Source: Scyliorhinus canicula
Lineage: Eukaryota
DNA: 64,000 nt
Assembly: GCF_902713615.1 (NCBI RefSeq)
Contig: NC_052155.1
Coordinates: 182,102,255 to 182,166,254 of the forward strand
Reading direction: 5' to 3'
Of this stretch, positions 11,851 to 23,689 are shown piece by piece. The notes below the pieces were generated by a model. That model searched no databases and was not told where the DNA came from. It saw nothing but the letters and a program-made list of their open reading frames with translations. The number at the start of each line of letters is the position of its first letter. The stretch's first letter is position 1. The position numbers and the translations under genes were made by a program.

Positions 11851-13444
11851 AATTATCCGCTTGTGGGGAGACCAAAATGATAGGTCCCACAGATATAATA
11901 TAGTCATTAATAAATTCATGAGGGTATTCAAAAGAAACCTCTTTACCTAGAGAGTGGTGCAAATGTTACTTCCAAACTTTCACATTTGCAAAACTCAAAC
12001 CAAAACATCTATTGTGATTCTGCAATTGGGCAGCACTCGCTGAACAGTCCTGAATGCGCTAATAACCACATTAACAACTACTCTATGATAATCAGTCAAA
12101 CATATTAACGCAGCTCATTTCCGCTTTTCAGAAGTAGCATGCACTCATTCCTAAGACAACAACTCAGCCAACTGGAACAGACTTGCCAACTAATCAACAC
12201 CCTTTTCTCCATTTTTATAAATTGCGATTGTTTAAAATTTGGCACTTTTGTATTTGTCCTGATCAATGCGAGATGAAAAGCTTTGGCAACAAGTCTCTCT
12301 TTTTTGAAATTTGTTGGTAGGGTTAGATGGATAGGCGCAGGAGGAGGCTGGTGTGGAGCATAAATATGAACTGGTTGCGCCAAATAGTCTGCTATCAATG
12401 CTGTAGATTCCACATAACATAATTCTATGTAATCTTCCAATAAAGCGTGTGTTCAGTGCAGTATTCTCTTCTCTCCAGGCCTGGCTTGTCTCCCACTATC
12501 GCACACTCAGTATGAAGTACTGAACTTAATAAGTACGCACTAGAGTGTTATACTTTTCCATATATGTACTAACCACAGAGATGAAGTAGACTATTGTATG
12601 TCCATATATCCCTCAAATCAATATTAATAAGAAATAAAAACAAGATTAACTGATGGCTGGCTTCCGTTTATAAGTCACTGCTTGGTCAACGGCATGTATT
12701 TCAAGAGCAATTTATGAATGCAGTTCAGTTACAACATAATTTCCAATTTGAAAATGAAAATGAAAGAGGGCTGGCGACTGACGATATTTTTTGCCTTGAC
12801 GGATCGCCACACGACAGGGAATGTGGAACTTCCCCACTTTGGACATCAGAACATGTAAATATTCCAGACCATTATTTCATTAAAGAATCGCAACACATCA
12901 CATGCAAAATCGTTTTGCTCCTATTTTCCGAAGAACTGAATACTTCCGACTGTCCCTTTTTCTTTCCGTCAAAAGATCAGATTGAGGGGCCAAAGCCCAT
13001 AATTCGGCACATCACCAGAATAAACAGCAATGAGCTAACTCAGAAATTAACTTGGTCATAAAGCCTAAGGGTATAGGGGGAAGGAAAAACCAAGGGAGTG
13101 ACGGATCCCGCGGTTTTATGGCCCTGTGAAAGAATGAATTGGTGTGGGGCGGCGTGTAACGTGCCTGGGTTGCAGCACAATGAGGATAAAGTGTGCTGGA
13201 AGAGCTGATGGATTTCAGTAACCTACTCTGGTGCATTCTTGCAACTTTCATCATACAACCCCATGCTCACCAATTGTCACACTCCAGCCAAACAGACTTT
13301 ATCCTTATTCCCAGTATTTGTTATAACTAATAAAAGTATTGAAAGTAAAATCTTTTTCATGCTCCTATGGTATTTCTTTCAGGTGTGTTGCTGCAGTGTC
13401 CAAGAGGTTAGCCTTCTCCCCCGCCTTATTCCTGCAACCCCACC

Positions 13445-13636
13445 CTAAGGGGCAATTTATCATGGCCAATCCACCTAGCCTGCACATCTTTGGACTCTGG
13501 AAGGAAATCAGAGCACCCGGAGGAAACTAACCCAAACACGGGGAGAATGTGCAGACTCCACACAAACGGTCACCCGAGGTTGGAGTCGGACCCAGGTCCC
13601 TGGTGCTGTGAAGCAGCAGTGCTAACCACTGTGCTA
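13445..13636 (-). mobile_element. HE1 SINE, partial
   Basis: Head and V core. Confidence 0.8.
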
Positions 13637-14429
13637 TCTTGGCGAGAGAGAGAGAGAGAGGAAGGTTGGAGAGAGAGAAACTAAAGACTTTCTCTTTGTC
13701 TTTTTCTGTCACAATACTGAATAAGGCCAAGTTACCTGCAGAGAGGACCTTTAATATAGCAAGATATCCCACATAGCTTCTGAATTGAGTTTTGCAACTG
13801 ACAAAGTGTTGGTGGGAGGTTAGGCTGAAGGTGTTGTTCGACGAGTAGCATTAAAGAAAGTTTTTGATGGTTGTGGGGCGATTGCAGAAAGGGAACAAGC
13901 TGCCTGAAGGTTCAGCTATTAGTAGCAGAGTACAGAACATGCAACAAACTTGGGTTGGAAGAGACAAGCGTCTTTGCAGTGACATAGGGCCATGGGGAGG
14001 TGTAGAGGTGGGGAGGAGTGAGGCAGCGCAGTACTGGCGTAGGTTTGTAATGTAGATCCAATGGGAAACAGGGAGCCACAGATCAGGGTGAATGGGACTG
14101 AGGTTCGATGCAGGACTGTAGGAAATGGAAGTTGGAAGTATGTGCAAACTTTTTGCCTGTCAATCTGGAGCCTGGAGGGTCCATGTCGAACCTGAAAACT
14201 GAATGTTATTTCAATTCAAAATAATTTATTAAAAATCGTATCAAACTGAACCTACATTTTCCTGTCTCCCATTGCACAGAGGTGTTGTATTATGAGGTTG
14301 AAAGAGAAAAGTGCGATATCTTCCGACCTGGATTTGAGCCCAGTAGACTGATTTTTAAGTCTAGTTTCCAATTGCTTTGATAATTGTAAGTTGGTCAGTA
14401 AAAACCCATTAATTTTCTAGCTCAAAGAG

Positions 14430-14760
14430 TCATAGAGGTCTACAGCATCACATCTACCATCACATCTGCGCCGGTGAAGAACACCCACCTAAGTATTCCA
14501 ATCCCACTTAGCCCATAGCCTTGTCTATCTTGGCATCGCAAGTGCACATCAAAATACTTCTTAACTATTATAAGGTCCTGTGCATCCACCACCCTTACAG
14601 ACAGCGAGTTCCAGACTCCCATCACACTCTGGGTGAAATAGTTTTTTCTCACATCCCCCCTAAACCTCCTGCCCCTTAATTTAAACCTATTCCCCTGGTC
14701 ACTGATCCCTCCACGAAGGGGGAAGTTTCTTCCTGTCTACCCCACATAGTTTTATGCATC
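14430..14760 (-). mobile_element. CR1 LINE 3' fragment
   Basis: ORF 14440..14652 RKNYFTQSVMGVWNSL, matching the CR1 FFTQRVVxxWNxL motif. Confidence 0.75.
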
Positions 14761-14782
14761 TCTATTATTATCCAAGACTCTG

Positions 14783-15632
14783 GGGCGGAATTCTCCGACA
14801 CCCCGCAGGGTCGGGGAATCGCCCGGGGCCTTTGTAAATCCCGCCCCCGCCATGGCCGGAATTCTCCGCCACCCGGGAATCGGCGGGTTCAGGAATCGCC
14901 CCCCCCCCCCCGCGGCGATTCTCTGGCCCGCGATGGGCCGAAGACCCGCCGCTGTCAGGCCTCTCCCGCCAATGTGGTTTAAACCACCTCTGGTGCCGGC
15001 GGGAGCAGGTGGCGCGAGCGAGCCCTGGGGTCCTGGGGGGGGGGCGGGGCGATCGGACCCCGGGGGTGCCCCCACTGTGGCCTGGCCCGTGATCGGAGCC
15101 CACCGATCGGCGGGCGGGCCTGTGCCGTGGGGGCACTCTTTTTCTTCCGCCACCGCCACGGCCTCCACCATGGCGGAGGCGGAAGATACCCCTACCGCGC
15201 ATGTGCCGGTGGTGACGTCAGCGGTCACTGACGCTCCGGCACATGCTTGGACTCACGCCAACCGGCGAAGGCCTTTCGGCTAGCCCCGACGCCGGCCGGT
15301 GTGGCACCAAAGGTCGTTGGCGCCAGTCGGAGGCGGAAGAGACCCCCTCCACCGCGCATGCGCTGGTGGTGACGTCAGCGGCCGCTGAAGCTCCGGCGCA
15401 TGCGTGGACTCACTCTGACCGGCAAAGGCCTTTCGGCCAGCCCCGACGCTGGCCGGCGTGGCACCAAAGGTCGTAGGCGTCAGTTGGCGGAGCGGGAGCC
15501 ACTCCAATGCAGGCCTGGCCCCAAAAGGTGCAGAGAATTCAGCACCTCTGGGGAGGCTCGACGCCGGAGTGGTCGGCGCCACTCCGCTACGCCAGGAATC
15601 CCCGCCCCGCCGGGTATGGGAGAATACCGCCC
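14783..15632. mobile_element. PIF/Harbinger non-autonomous element
   Basis: TIRs GGGCGGAATTCTCC / GGAGAATACCGCCC; TSD CTG (14780-14782, 15633-15635); internal ~155-bp duplication. Confidence 0.88.
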
Positions 15633-15779
15633 CTGATGTCTTGTGTGCGAACTCGCACACTAGGCCCCCGTTCACCCTTCATTCAGGTGTCGCTGACCTT
15701 AATTGGATCAACATTTGTTAATGCCACAGTTCTAAAATTCTCCTGCTCAGCATCCAAATAATATAATGGTTTCACCTTC

Positions 15780-16100
15780 CCTCCCTACCCCTGTAATGTC
15801 CTCCAGTCCTCTATGCCTTTGAGACCTCTGCACTCCTCCAATTCTGCTCACTTGCACACCTCTAATTTTAATCGCTCCACATTGGCTGTGCCCTCAGTTG
15901 CCTTGGCCCAAAGCTCCACAATTTCCTCTCCGAACCTCTTCGCCTCTCTACCTCACTCTCCTTTAAGACGCTCCTTAAAAACAACCTCATTGACCAACCT
16001 GTCCCAATATCTTCTGCTGTGTTAAATGTTGTTTGATAACACTCCTGCAAAACACTGTGGCATGTTTGACTATATCGAAGGCAATATATAACTGCAATAT
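15780..16100 (+). mobile_element. L2-clade LINE 3' end
   Basis: CTCCTCCAATTCTG ... CTTTAAGACGCTCCTTAAAA ... AAGGCxxTATATAA tail; similar copy at 52960-53230. Confidence 0.65.
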
Positions 16101-16912
16101 TGATTGCTCCAGCTCAGAAAAGCAAGTATTTTAGCGAATCCATTTTGAATTTAGACATTCCCGACTGGGCCAATTTTGCACATGAGAGCAACTTGATTTT
16201 GTGTAACGTCCTACTTCTGTCAGTTTTGCACTGGAACAGGTGGGAAATCACCCCGGGGATAGCAATAGTGCCTGGAGAGAGACAGGCATTCAAATCTTCC
16301 CTTTGCAAACTGTTGACGTGAAAGGATATTTAGACCGAATGTGAGGGACCTTTGACCCCAAACCCCAGCCTTGACTGCAGCTCCTCCGATGAAAGATCTC
16401 TGGGCTTGTCTTCGCTGTCGGAGAAGGCAAGGGAATCCAGGTGCTTCCCCGCAGGAAAGGGGATATGCGCCGAGGGCATCTCGAGTTGGCGAAGGGGAAA
16501 ATTGCGAACAAAACGATGCGAAAGATATTGCGAGACTCTTCAGCCTTTTGGGTACTGGGTAAAATCGGTCTGTATTTTCCAAATCATTTCATCCTTTATT
16601 GTGTTGTCTGTATCACATGTAGAATGTCACCAAAACCTGCAATTAGGCTAAGTGTGCGTTGAGCATACAAAGGAAATGATACCACTGCACTGTATACTTA
16701 AAGCTGCACAATCACTTTTCAAAGAATCTACTTGTCAATTTCTGGTCAATTTCATTAATTCAAAATTAACCAGTCATTGACCTCTCTCATACTCACACAG
16801 AGCGCGTAGCCAGACTGATAGAGAACCAACTACTGCAATATGGTGTCAGTAACTTATACAGATAAAACATGAATCACATGATTCAGAGGAGCAGATAGTA
16901 TATATAGATGCC

Positions 16913-17529
16913 CGGCTGGATTCTCCAAAAATGGGGCTATATCCCCACACCGGCGTAAAAACACTAGTGTTTCACTCCCTAGTTTCCTGCAATAAATGAA
17001 GAGCTATTCACTGACCTTGAAGGGGCTAGCAGGGACCTGGAGTACTTCACACAGCTTTGGCTGCGGATACGGGCCCCCTCACTTCCGGTTCCGAGTTCAC
17101 GCATGCGCACGGTGTGGCCTTCAGTGGCCGTGCCGAGCGCCAAAGTGGACTCGGACCGTGGACCAAGAAACAAGGTCCCCCTGATCGGTCCCGCACCGCT
17201 TCCTCTGACCGCCAGATCGCTGCCCCAGGCACCCATAATGCCCCCCCCCACCCCCCCCGTGATGGATCCCCCCCTCGCTCCCCAGCAGGGCGGCCATGGA
17301 CTGAGTCCGCAGCCGCAACCGCCGATAGCGAGAGCCCCAACCGGCCATAACGTGGTTAGAACCACACTGTCGAGAACTCGGCTGGTCGGGATCGGAGTAT
17401 CCCTGGGAGGGCTTCTGGCAATGGCCCCCCAGCCGCGCGGCGTAATTCAATTCCCCAATTTGGGCTCAACGCCGTTCTCGGCCCCTGTGCCAAACGCGAT
17501 TCCGGAGTGGGGCGGTGGGAATCCAGTCC
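16913..17529. mobile_element. Harbinger-like non-autonomous element
   Basis: Imperfect TIRs GGCTGGATTCTCC / GGGAATCCAGTCC; related to 34895-35477. Confidence 0.7.
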
Positions 17530-18841
17530 CCCATTTCTGATCTGCATTATTAACATTCAAAATTCCTAATAGCTACCCACCGCCTTCACATTTGCAATAC
17601 AAAGTTGGTGCCAAGATTCCAATTAAAAAACACGTGGGCACCTTAAGGTTGTTGCAGCACGAGCTTTCAAACAGGTTCACAACCCATTTCGGTCAGTGTT
17701 TGAAAGCAGCAGAAGTGACACAGACAAGCTGAAGCTTATGGGAGTTGGAGGATGAAAGATCGGTGTTTGAGAACACAGGAGGGTAGTTCAGCCTGGAGCG
17801 GACAAACACATGTATGTGCGTTTCATCAAATGATTAGCTGAAATTGGGGCAAAGGCGGGTAACATTGCTGAGGTCTAGTTGGTCAATCTTTGTCATATCT
17901 GGTTCAGCAGCTCAGTTTGGGGGCAAATAGGATGCTGGAGATCATAGATACATAGAAGATAGGAGCAGAAGGAGGCCTTTTGGCCCTTCGAGCCCGCTCC
18001 GTCATTCATCACAATCATGGCTGATCATCCAACTCGATAGCTTATAGATCCATAGAAGCCCCATCATCAAAGCCAAGTAGGTGTGATGGGTTGAGAAAGC
18101 TGATTGAAAGGAAGCTAACGCCTTGCCAACAGATCACACCTCTCCAGCACGTAGATAAGGAAGAGCACAAGGCCAATGATAACCCTCACAGGACTCTGGA
18201 GGTAACAATACAGCAGCAGCAAAGGGTGTCATTGCTTAGGATGTTTCGGGCATGGCCAAGTAGGCAAGAGTGGAACCAAGTGAGGTTTGTCCCAATGAGC
18301 TGGGCAAACTTGGCAGGATGGGGTGGTAGATCACCTTAAAATCCAAGTTAAAATATTCAGGAGGATTAGTACACAATTGTCACATTCACAGAGCAGGTCA
18401 TTTATGATCTTGGTTGGGGACGTTCTAATGCTGTGCCAGGGACTTAATAGAAATGCTGAGTTATTTTACTGTTTTAATCCCAATGTACCTTTTATATTTT
18501 TCCACTTTTATAGCATCCAAATTCAATAAACAATAAGCATTGAAAAATAATTGATATTTGACACAAGAATACTCCCTGGAAATTACTGTTAGGGATTATT
18601 ACAGGACAAATGCACAAAGCATTTATATAATGTTTGTGCACTAATGGAGTTTGAATCAATTTGATATGCCAATTTTAGCTCAATTAAAACCTATTTATTT
18701 ATACACAGTTAAAATCAGGCCCATAAAAGAAGACAGAAGAATAATATAGAAATGTGTTAAGCATTTGTTTGCTAATATCACCAGCGGTCATTTCCAACCC
18801 AATACCTATCAACCAATCGATAGAATAGGAAGGATGTCACA

Positions 18842-19191
18842 GGCAGCACGGTAGCATGGTGGTTAGCATAAATGCTTCACAGCTCCAGGGTCCCAGGTTC
18901 GGTTCTCGGCTGGGTCACTGTCTGTGTGGAGTCTGCACATCCTCCCCGTGTGTGCGTGGGTTTCCTCCGGGTGCTCCGGTTTCCTCCCACCGTCCAAAGA
19001 TGTGTGGGTTAGGTGGATTGGCCATGTTAAATTGCCCGTAGTGTCCTAAAAAGTAAGGTTAAGGGGGGGGGGGGGGGTTGTTGGGTAACGGGTATAGGGT
19101 GGATACGTGGGTTTGAGTAGGGTGATCATTGCTCGGCACAACATCGAGGGCCAAAGGGCCTGTTCTGTGCTGTACTGTTCTATGTTCTATG
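18842..19191 (+). mobile_element. HE1 SINE variant
   Basis: Head, V core and (TGTTCTA)n end. Confidence 0.88.
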
Positions 19192-19559
19192 TCCTGATTT
19201 CTAACACTGAAATGAAATGAGAAGTGAAATGAAATTCGCTTATTGTCACAAGTAGGTTTCAAATGAAGTTACTGTGAAAAGCCCCTAGTCGTCACATTCC
19301 GGCGCCTGTTCAGGGGCCATTTTTATACCTACCCATTATAAACTTAATTTGCTCCATGAGCTTAAGGAATCTTCTGTAGAATAATACGCACCAACTACAA
19401 AGTTTCCCTGTAATCAACTGTTGAACAATGATTGATATACTTGAAGCACTTCACTTGCAATCATTCCTCATTGTGTGTGCTTGTCCAAGGTGTAGAGTGC
19501 ACTGGTTTCCTATGTACATCGTGAGAGTTACTATTGTAAAGAAATAAAAGTCATGCCAT

Positions 19560-19760
19560 ATGAGGGGGGAGGGAGACTCAAATGGGAGAGAGGAGAGAGA
19601 ATGGTAAAGGGGAGAGAGGGAATGGGAAAGGGCTGGGAGGAGAGAGAGAATGGGAGGGAGGGGGAGCTGAACAGGAAGAGAGAGAGAGAGATCAGGAGGG
19701 AGGGGGAGCTGAACAGGGAGGGGCTGGGAGGGGTGCGTGTGAGGGCTTGGAAGGGGTAGT
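19560..19760 (+). repeat. GA-rich low-complexity tract
   Basis: Almost pure purine strand. Confidence 0.8.
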
Positions 19761-20133
19761 CGAACAAGACCAGAGTCTGAGGGGGGGGGGTGTCCTCCTC
19801 TGCAATGTGACTGCTACTGGGATCTTGCCATAAGCTTGGGGTATTGCCAGGCACTGTTGTAGCATTTCTTAAAAAGATGTCTGATTTCACCAAGTCCGCA
19901 AATAATGAATTTTTTAACCTATTGGGTGAGAATGCTTTGTAAATGATCACGTTTACTTTACAATGTTTTCCTGGCAAGTATTTCTAATTTAAATTTGGAG
20001 TAAAATCAGTGCAGGCATTACCTTCAGCAAAGCACAGATGAACTGATGAGATTCGACAAACTGCTGCTGGAGAAAGGAGAAGGCCGAGGGGTGTCCTGAT
20101 AGAGGGAGGGTCTTTAAAATTAGGAAAGGGTTT

Positions 20134-20385
20134 TGATGTACCATCGATTGCACGCGAGGCGAGTGATTTACCAAGTCTGGCTTTAATTAACTAGAACACA
20201 GCTCTGCGATCGTCTACAGTGGAAAGGGACGATCGTCAGGCGTTGAGCATTTATACCTCGTTAATAGAGGCGTGGTTAACTCAGCCTCTCGGCCAATCGG
20301 TCGAGAGGCACATGACCGACCAGGGCCAATGGTAAGCCGACATTCTGGCCCAATGGCAGACGAGTATGCAGATCATATCATCACA
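20134..20385 (-). mobile_element. Solo LTR related to the 22077-26930 Gypsy element
   Basis: Reverse complement shares CATTGGCCCTGGTCGGTCATGTGCCTCTCGACCGATTGG and GAGAGGCTGAGTTAACC with the LTRs; TG...CA ends; flanks GGTTT/GTTTT; inserted into a CR1 remnant. Confidence 0.85.
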
Positions 20386-20915
20386 GTTTTGATAGGTAAC
20401 TATGATCGTATGAGGCATGAGCTGGACTGGTAAACATTACTGACAGAAGGGACAGTGGACAGGCCAATGGTAGGCATTTAAAAACGAATAGATGAACTCC
20501 AAAAGTTGTTCATTCCTATTTGGCGCAAGAGTTGAAAGGGAACCGTGGCCAAATCATGGCTGACAAGGGAAATTAGGGATAGTATTAGATTCAAAGAAGA
20601 GGCATACAAATTAGCAAGAAAAAGCAATAGACCTGAGGATTGGGAACAATTTAAAATTCAGCAAAGGCGGACCAAGGATTAAGACGATGAAAATACAATA
20701 TTAAAGAAAGCTAGCGGGAGGAACATGGAATGCATTTTCTGTGGGGAAGTAGTTGAGTCGGAAACATTAGGGGGCCTTCAAGGGCTACTATTTGTACATG
20801 GATTACGGTAGAATGATGGGGTGTAGATTATTTGTTCTTAATCTAGGACAAATGTTCGGCACAACATGATCGAAGGGCCGTTCTGTTGCTGTATTTTTCT
20901 AGGTTCTATGTTCTA
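20386..20915 (+). mobile_element. CR1/HER1 LINE fragments
   Basis: PWLTREIRDSIRxKEEAY-like ORF2 remnant and GAAGGGCC ... TTCTATGTTCTA tail. Confidence 0.7.
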
Positions 20916-21294
20916 AGTAAGGAAACCTCCAACCCCATGACCTTCGCACTAGAAACAGAGGACAGATCATGCGAGTTATGTGCCATCATCCTGACCCAGT
21001 AGTTCTTGAACGATCAAATGAAGAGGAATGTCGATCTCTTCTCGAATGTAACAATGGTGAATATACTCAATTCCAATTGACAATCCTGCGAAGAACCATC
21101 TGCAGGACAGAACATAGAGAGGTTCATCAAGAGGAACACAGCTGACCTACATTTTGACAGGATTGAAATCCCACTTGGGTTCCATCCTACTGTGTCCCCC
21201 AATCTCTTCCCTCTCCTCCACACATCTAATTGCTTTGAACACATTTATATTACCTGCATTAATGGAACCCCCAACTAATTTAATCCATGTTGTC

Positions 21295-21400
21295 CTTTGG
21301 ATTCTCCAGTCCCGCTGCACCGATTTCTGCTGCGGCGTCCCCTGCTGGCAGCGGGATTCTCCTCCGGCAGTCGGCCAATGGGTGTTCCCCATTATGGCAC
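21295..21400. mobile_element. Short Harbinger-like MITE fragment
   Basis: GGATTCTCC terminal motif; inverted similarity to 32470-32677. Confidence 0.5.
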
Positions 21401-21504
21401 AATGTCAGGACAAGTCTTATCAATAATTTTCCTGAGCCATTGCCCTCAATGCCATCCATTTGGTGCCAATGTTTAACAATAATTTTTGTTTTTTGTTTTT
21501 ATAA

Positions 21505-21712
21505 ATTAGAGTACCCAATTCATTTTTTCCAATTAAGGGGCAATTTAGCGTGGCCAATCCACCTAGCCTGCACATCTTTGGGTTGTGGGGGCGAAACCCA
21601 CACCAAAATGGGGAGAATGTGCAAACTCCACACCGACCCAGAGCCAGGATCAAATCTGGGACCTCGGCACCATGAGGCTGCCGGGCTAACCCACTGCGCC
21701 ACCGTGCTACCC
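21505..21712 (-). mobile_element. Short V-SINE variant
   Basis: Same subfamily as 27995-28189 and 49622-49845. Confidence 0.85.
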
Positions 21713-21723
21713 CATGTTTAGCA

Positions 21724-22011
21724 ATAATAATAATCTTTATTGACACTGCAATGAAGTAACTGTGAAAATCCCCTAGTCGCCACATTCCGGCGCCTGTTCG
21801 GGTACACAGAGGGAGAATTCAGAATGTCCAATTCAACTGACAGCACGTCTTTCGGGACTTGTGGGAGGAAACTGGAGCACCCGGAGGAAACCCATGCAGA
21901 CACGGGGAGAACGTGCAGACTCCGCACAGACAGTGATCCAAGCCGAGCATCAAACCCGGGGCCCTGGCGCTGTGAAGCAACAGTGCTAACCACTGCGCTA
22001 CCGTGTCGCCC
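21724..22011 (-). mobile_element. V-SINE with alternative tail
   Basis: Head, V core and GTGGCGACTAGGGG tail. Confidence 0.88.
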
Positions 22012-22076
22012 TTTTTCTTTTGGCCAATCGGGGAGCTGAAGAAGCCACGTTATCTTTTTGATTACCATGACATGAC

Positions 22077-22362
22077 TGTGGTGGTATGTTGATACATAGC
22101 AGCCTGCCATTGGTGCAGAACACCGCTTACCATTGGCCCTGGTCGGTCATGTGCCTCTCGACCGATTGGTTGATACCAGTCATGTGACGGCTCCCCGATT
22201 GGTCGAGAGGCTGAGTTAACCCCGCCTCCAGGGCAAGGTATAGATACCCAGAATGCCCTGCGGTCGTCCATTTACTGTAGTGGACCGCAGGGCTAACATC
22301 TAGCTTATTAAAGCCTAACTTTTGTACAGCAACTCGTCTCGCGTTCAATTGATGGTTCATCA
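22077..22362 (+). repeat. 5' LTR
   Basis: TGTGGTGG...TTCATCA; several CCAAT boxes (ATTGG), TATA-like element at ~22238, ATTAAA at 22307-22312. Confidence 0.95.
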
Positions 22363-22386
22363 ATTTAATAATCTAGAATTTTGAAG

Positions 22387-23145
22387 ATGGATCAAGCCCG
22401 AATGCCTCCGCATCAGCCCGCAAACTCAGAACGCTTCAGAAATCTTTCAACATTGGCTGGCATGTCTCGATGGATACCTGGCGTCCGCAAACAGCCCCCC
22501 CACCATGGCACAGAAACTTCACACCTTCCACTCTAGCGTGGGCATGGCGGCCTACGCGATGATTGCGGAGGAAAAAGATTACGACGCGGCCATGGACAAG
22601 CTGAATGGACAGTTTCTTAAACCGGTAAACAGAGTATTCGCCCGACATCTGCTGGCTACCAGACAACAGCTCCCCGGTGAGTCATTAGACAATTTTTACC
22701 AGGCCCTCGCTGTCCTGGGGAGGAATTGCTCCTGCCTACAAGTTTCAGCCACGGAGCACATGGAACATTTGATTAGAGATGCTACGTGGCTGGGATGCAG
22801 TCTGCCGCTATCCGCCAGCGGATGCTGGAGAAAGACGACCTCAGCCTAACTGAGGCACGGACTCTCTCCAACTCCCTGGAGGTCGCCGATTTAAACGCCC
22901 GGCCTATGTCCCCAGCCGCGCTGCAGCACCCTGGGCTTCCAGGCACGCTTCCACACCGCCATCCGCCGCTCCCGACCCCCTTCAGGCCTGCACCGTGGGA
23001 CGCCCCGACAAGTCCGCGGGCCCCGCTGCTATTTCTGTGGGTTCGCTAAACACCCTCACCCCCGCTGCCTGGCCCGCTCCGCCCTCTGTAAGAGCTGCGG
23101 GAAGAAAGGCCACTTTCCGACGGTCTTCCAGGCAAAATCGGTCGC
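22387..23145 (+). pseudogene. gag: Gypsy gag (frameshifted) with two CCHC zinc knuckles
   Basis: VFARHLLATRQQLPGESLDNF ... ; CYFCGFAKHPHPRC and CKSCGKKGH at ~23025-23120. Confidence 0.85.
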
Positions 23146-23689
23146 TGCTGTACCGCGCAGCGACCGGGGATCGCCCACTCCTGGCCCTTGCGGGCCCTTC
23201 CAGTTCACCGCGCCAATCTCTCCCACCCCCCGCCTCCCGGGCCCCTGCACCCGGCCTGCGCGCCTCCCCCTCTCCTCCGGGCCCTTCCGGGCCCTTCCAA
23301 CGCACCGCGCAAATCTCTCCTCGCAGCCCCCGGGCCCCTGTGCCCGGCCTGCGTGCCTCTCTGCCCCCGCCCTCAGCCGCTCCGATCGGCCCACCGGCAC
23401 TGCTAACCCCGCCCCCAGCAACCACAAGTGCCCCGCGGGCGCCGCCATCTTGGGCCCCGGACGCCACGGTGGGTCCTGGGCGCCGTCATCTTCGGGCGCC
23501 GACTCCACGTGCGGGTCCTGGGCGCCGCCATCTTGGGGCCTCGACTCCACGTACGGATCCTGAGCACCACCATCCTGGACTGGCACGCAAGGTTCTGCCA
23601 GCAACTACTCGGCCGACAACGATTACGATCATGGTTCTCCACGGCTCGCGGCCATTCAACTCGACCAGTCACGGCCACGCACGCTCGCC

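Noticed and set aside
12256-12300. Additional hammerhead motif (CCTGATCAATGCGAGATGAAAAGC)
   Set aside because: The catalytic core is degenerate, so this is at most a decayed Penelope remnant.
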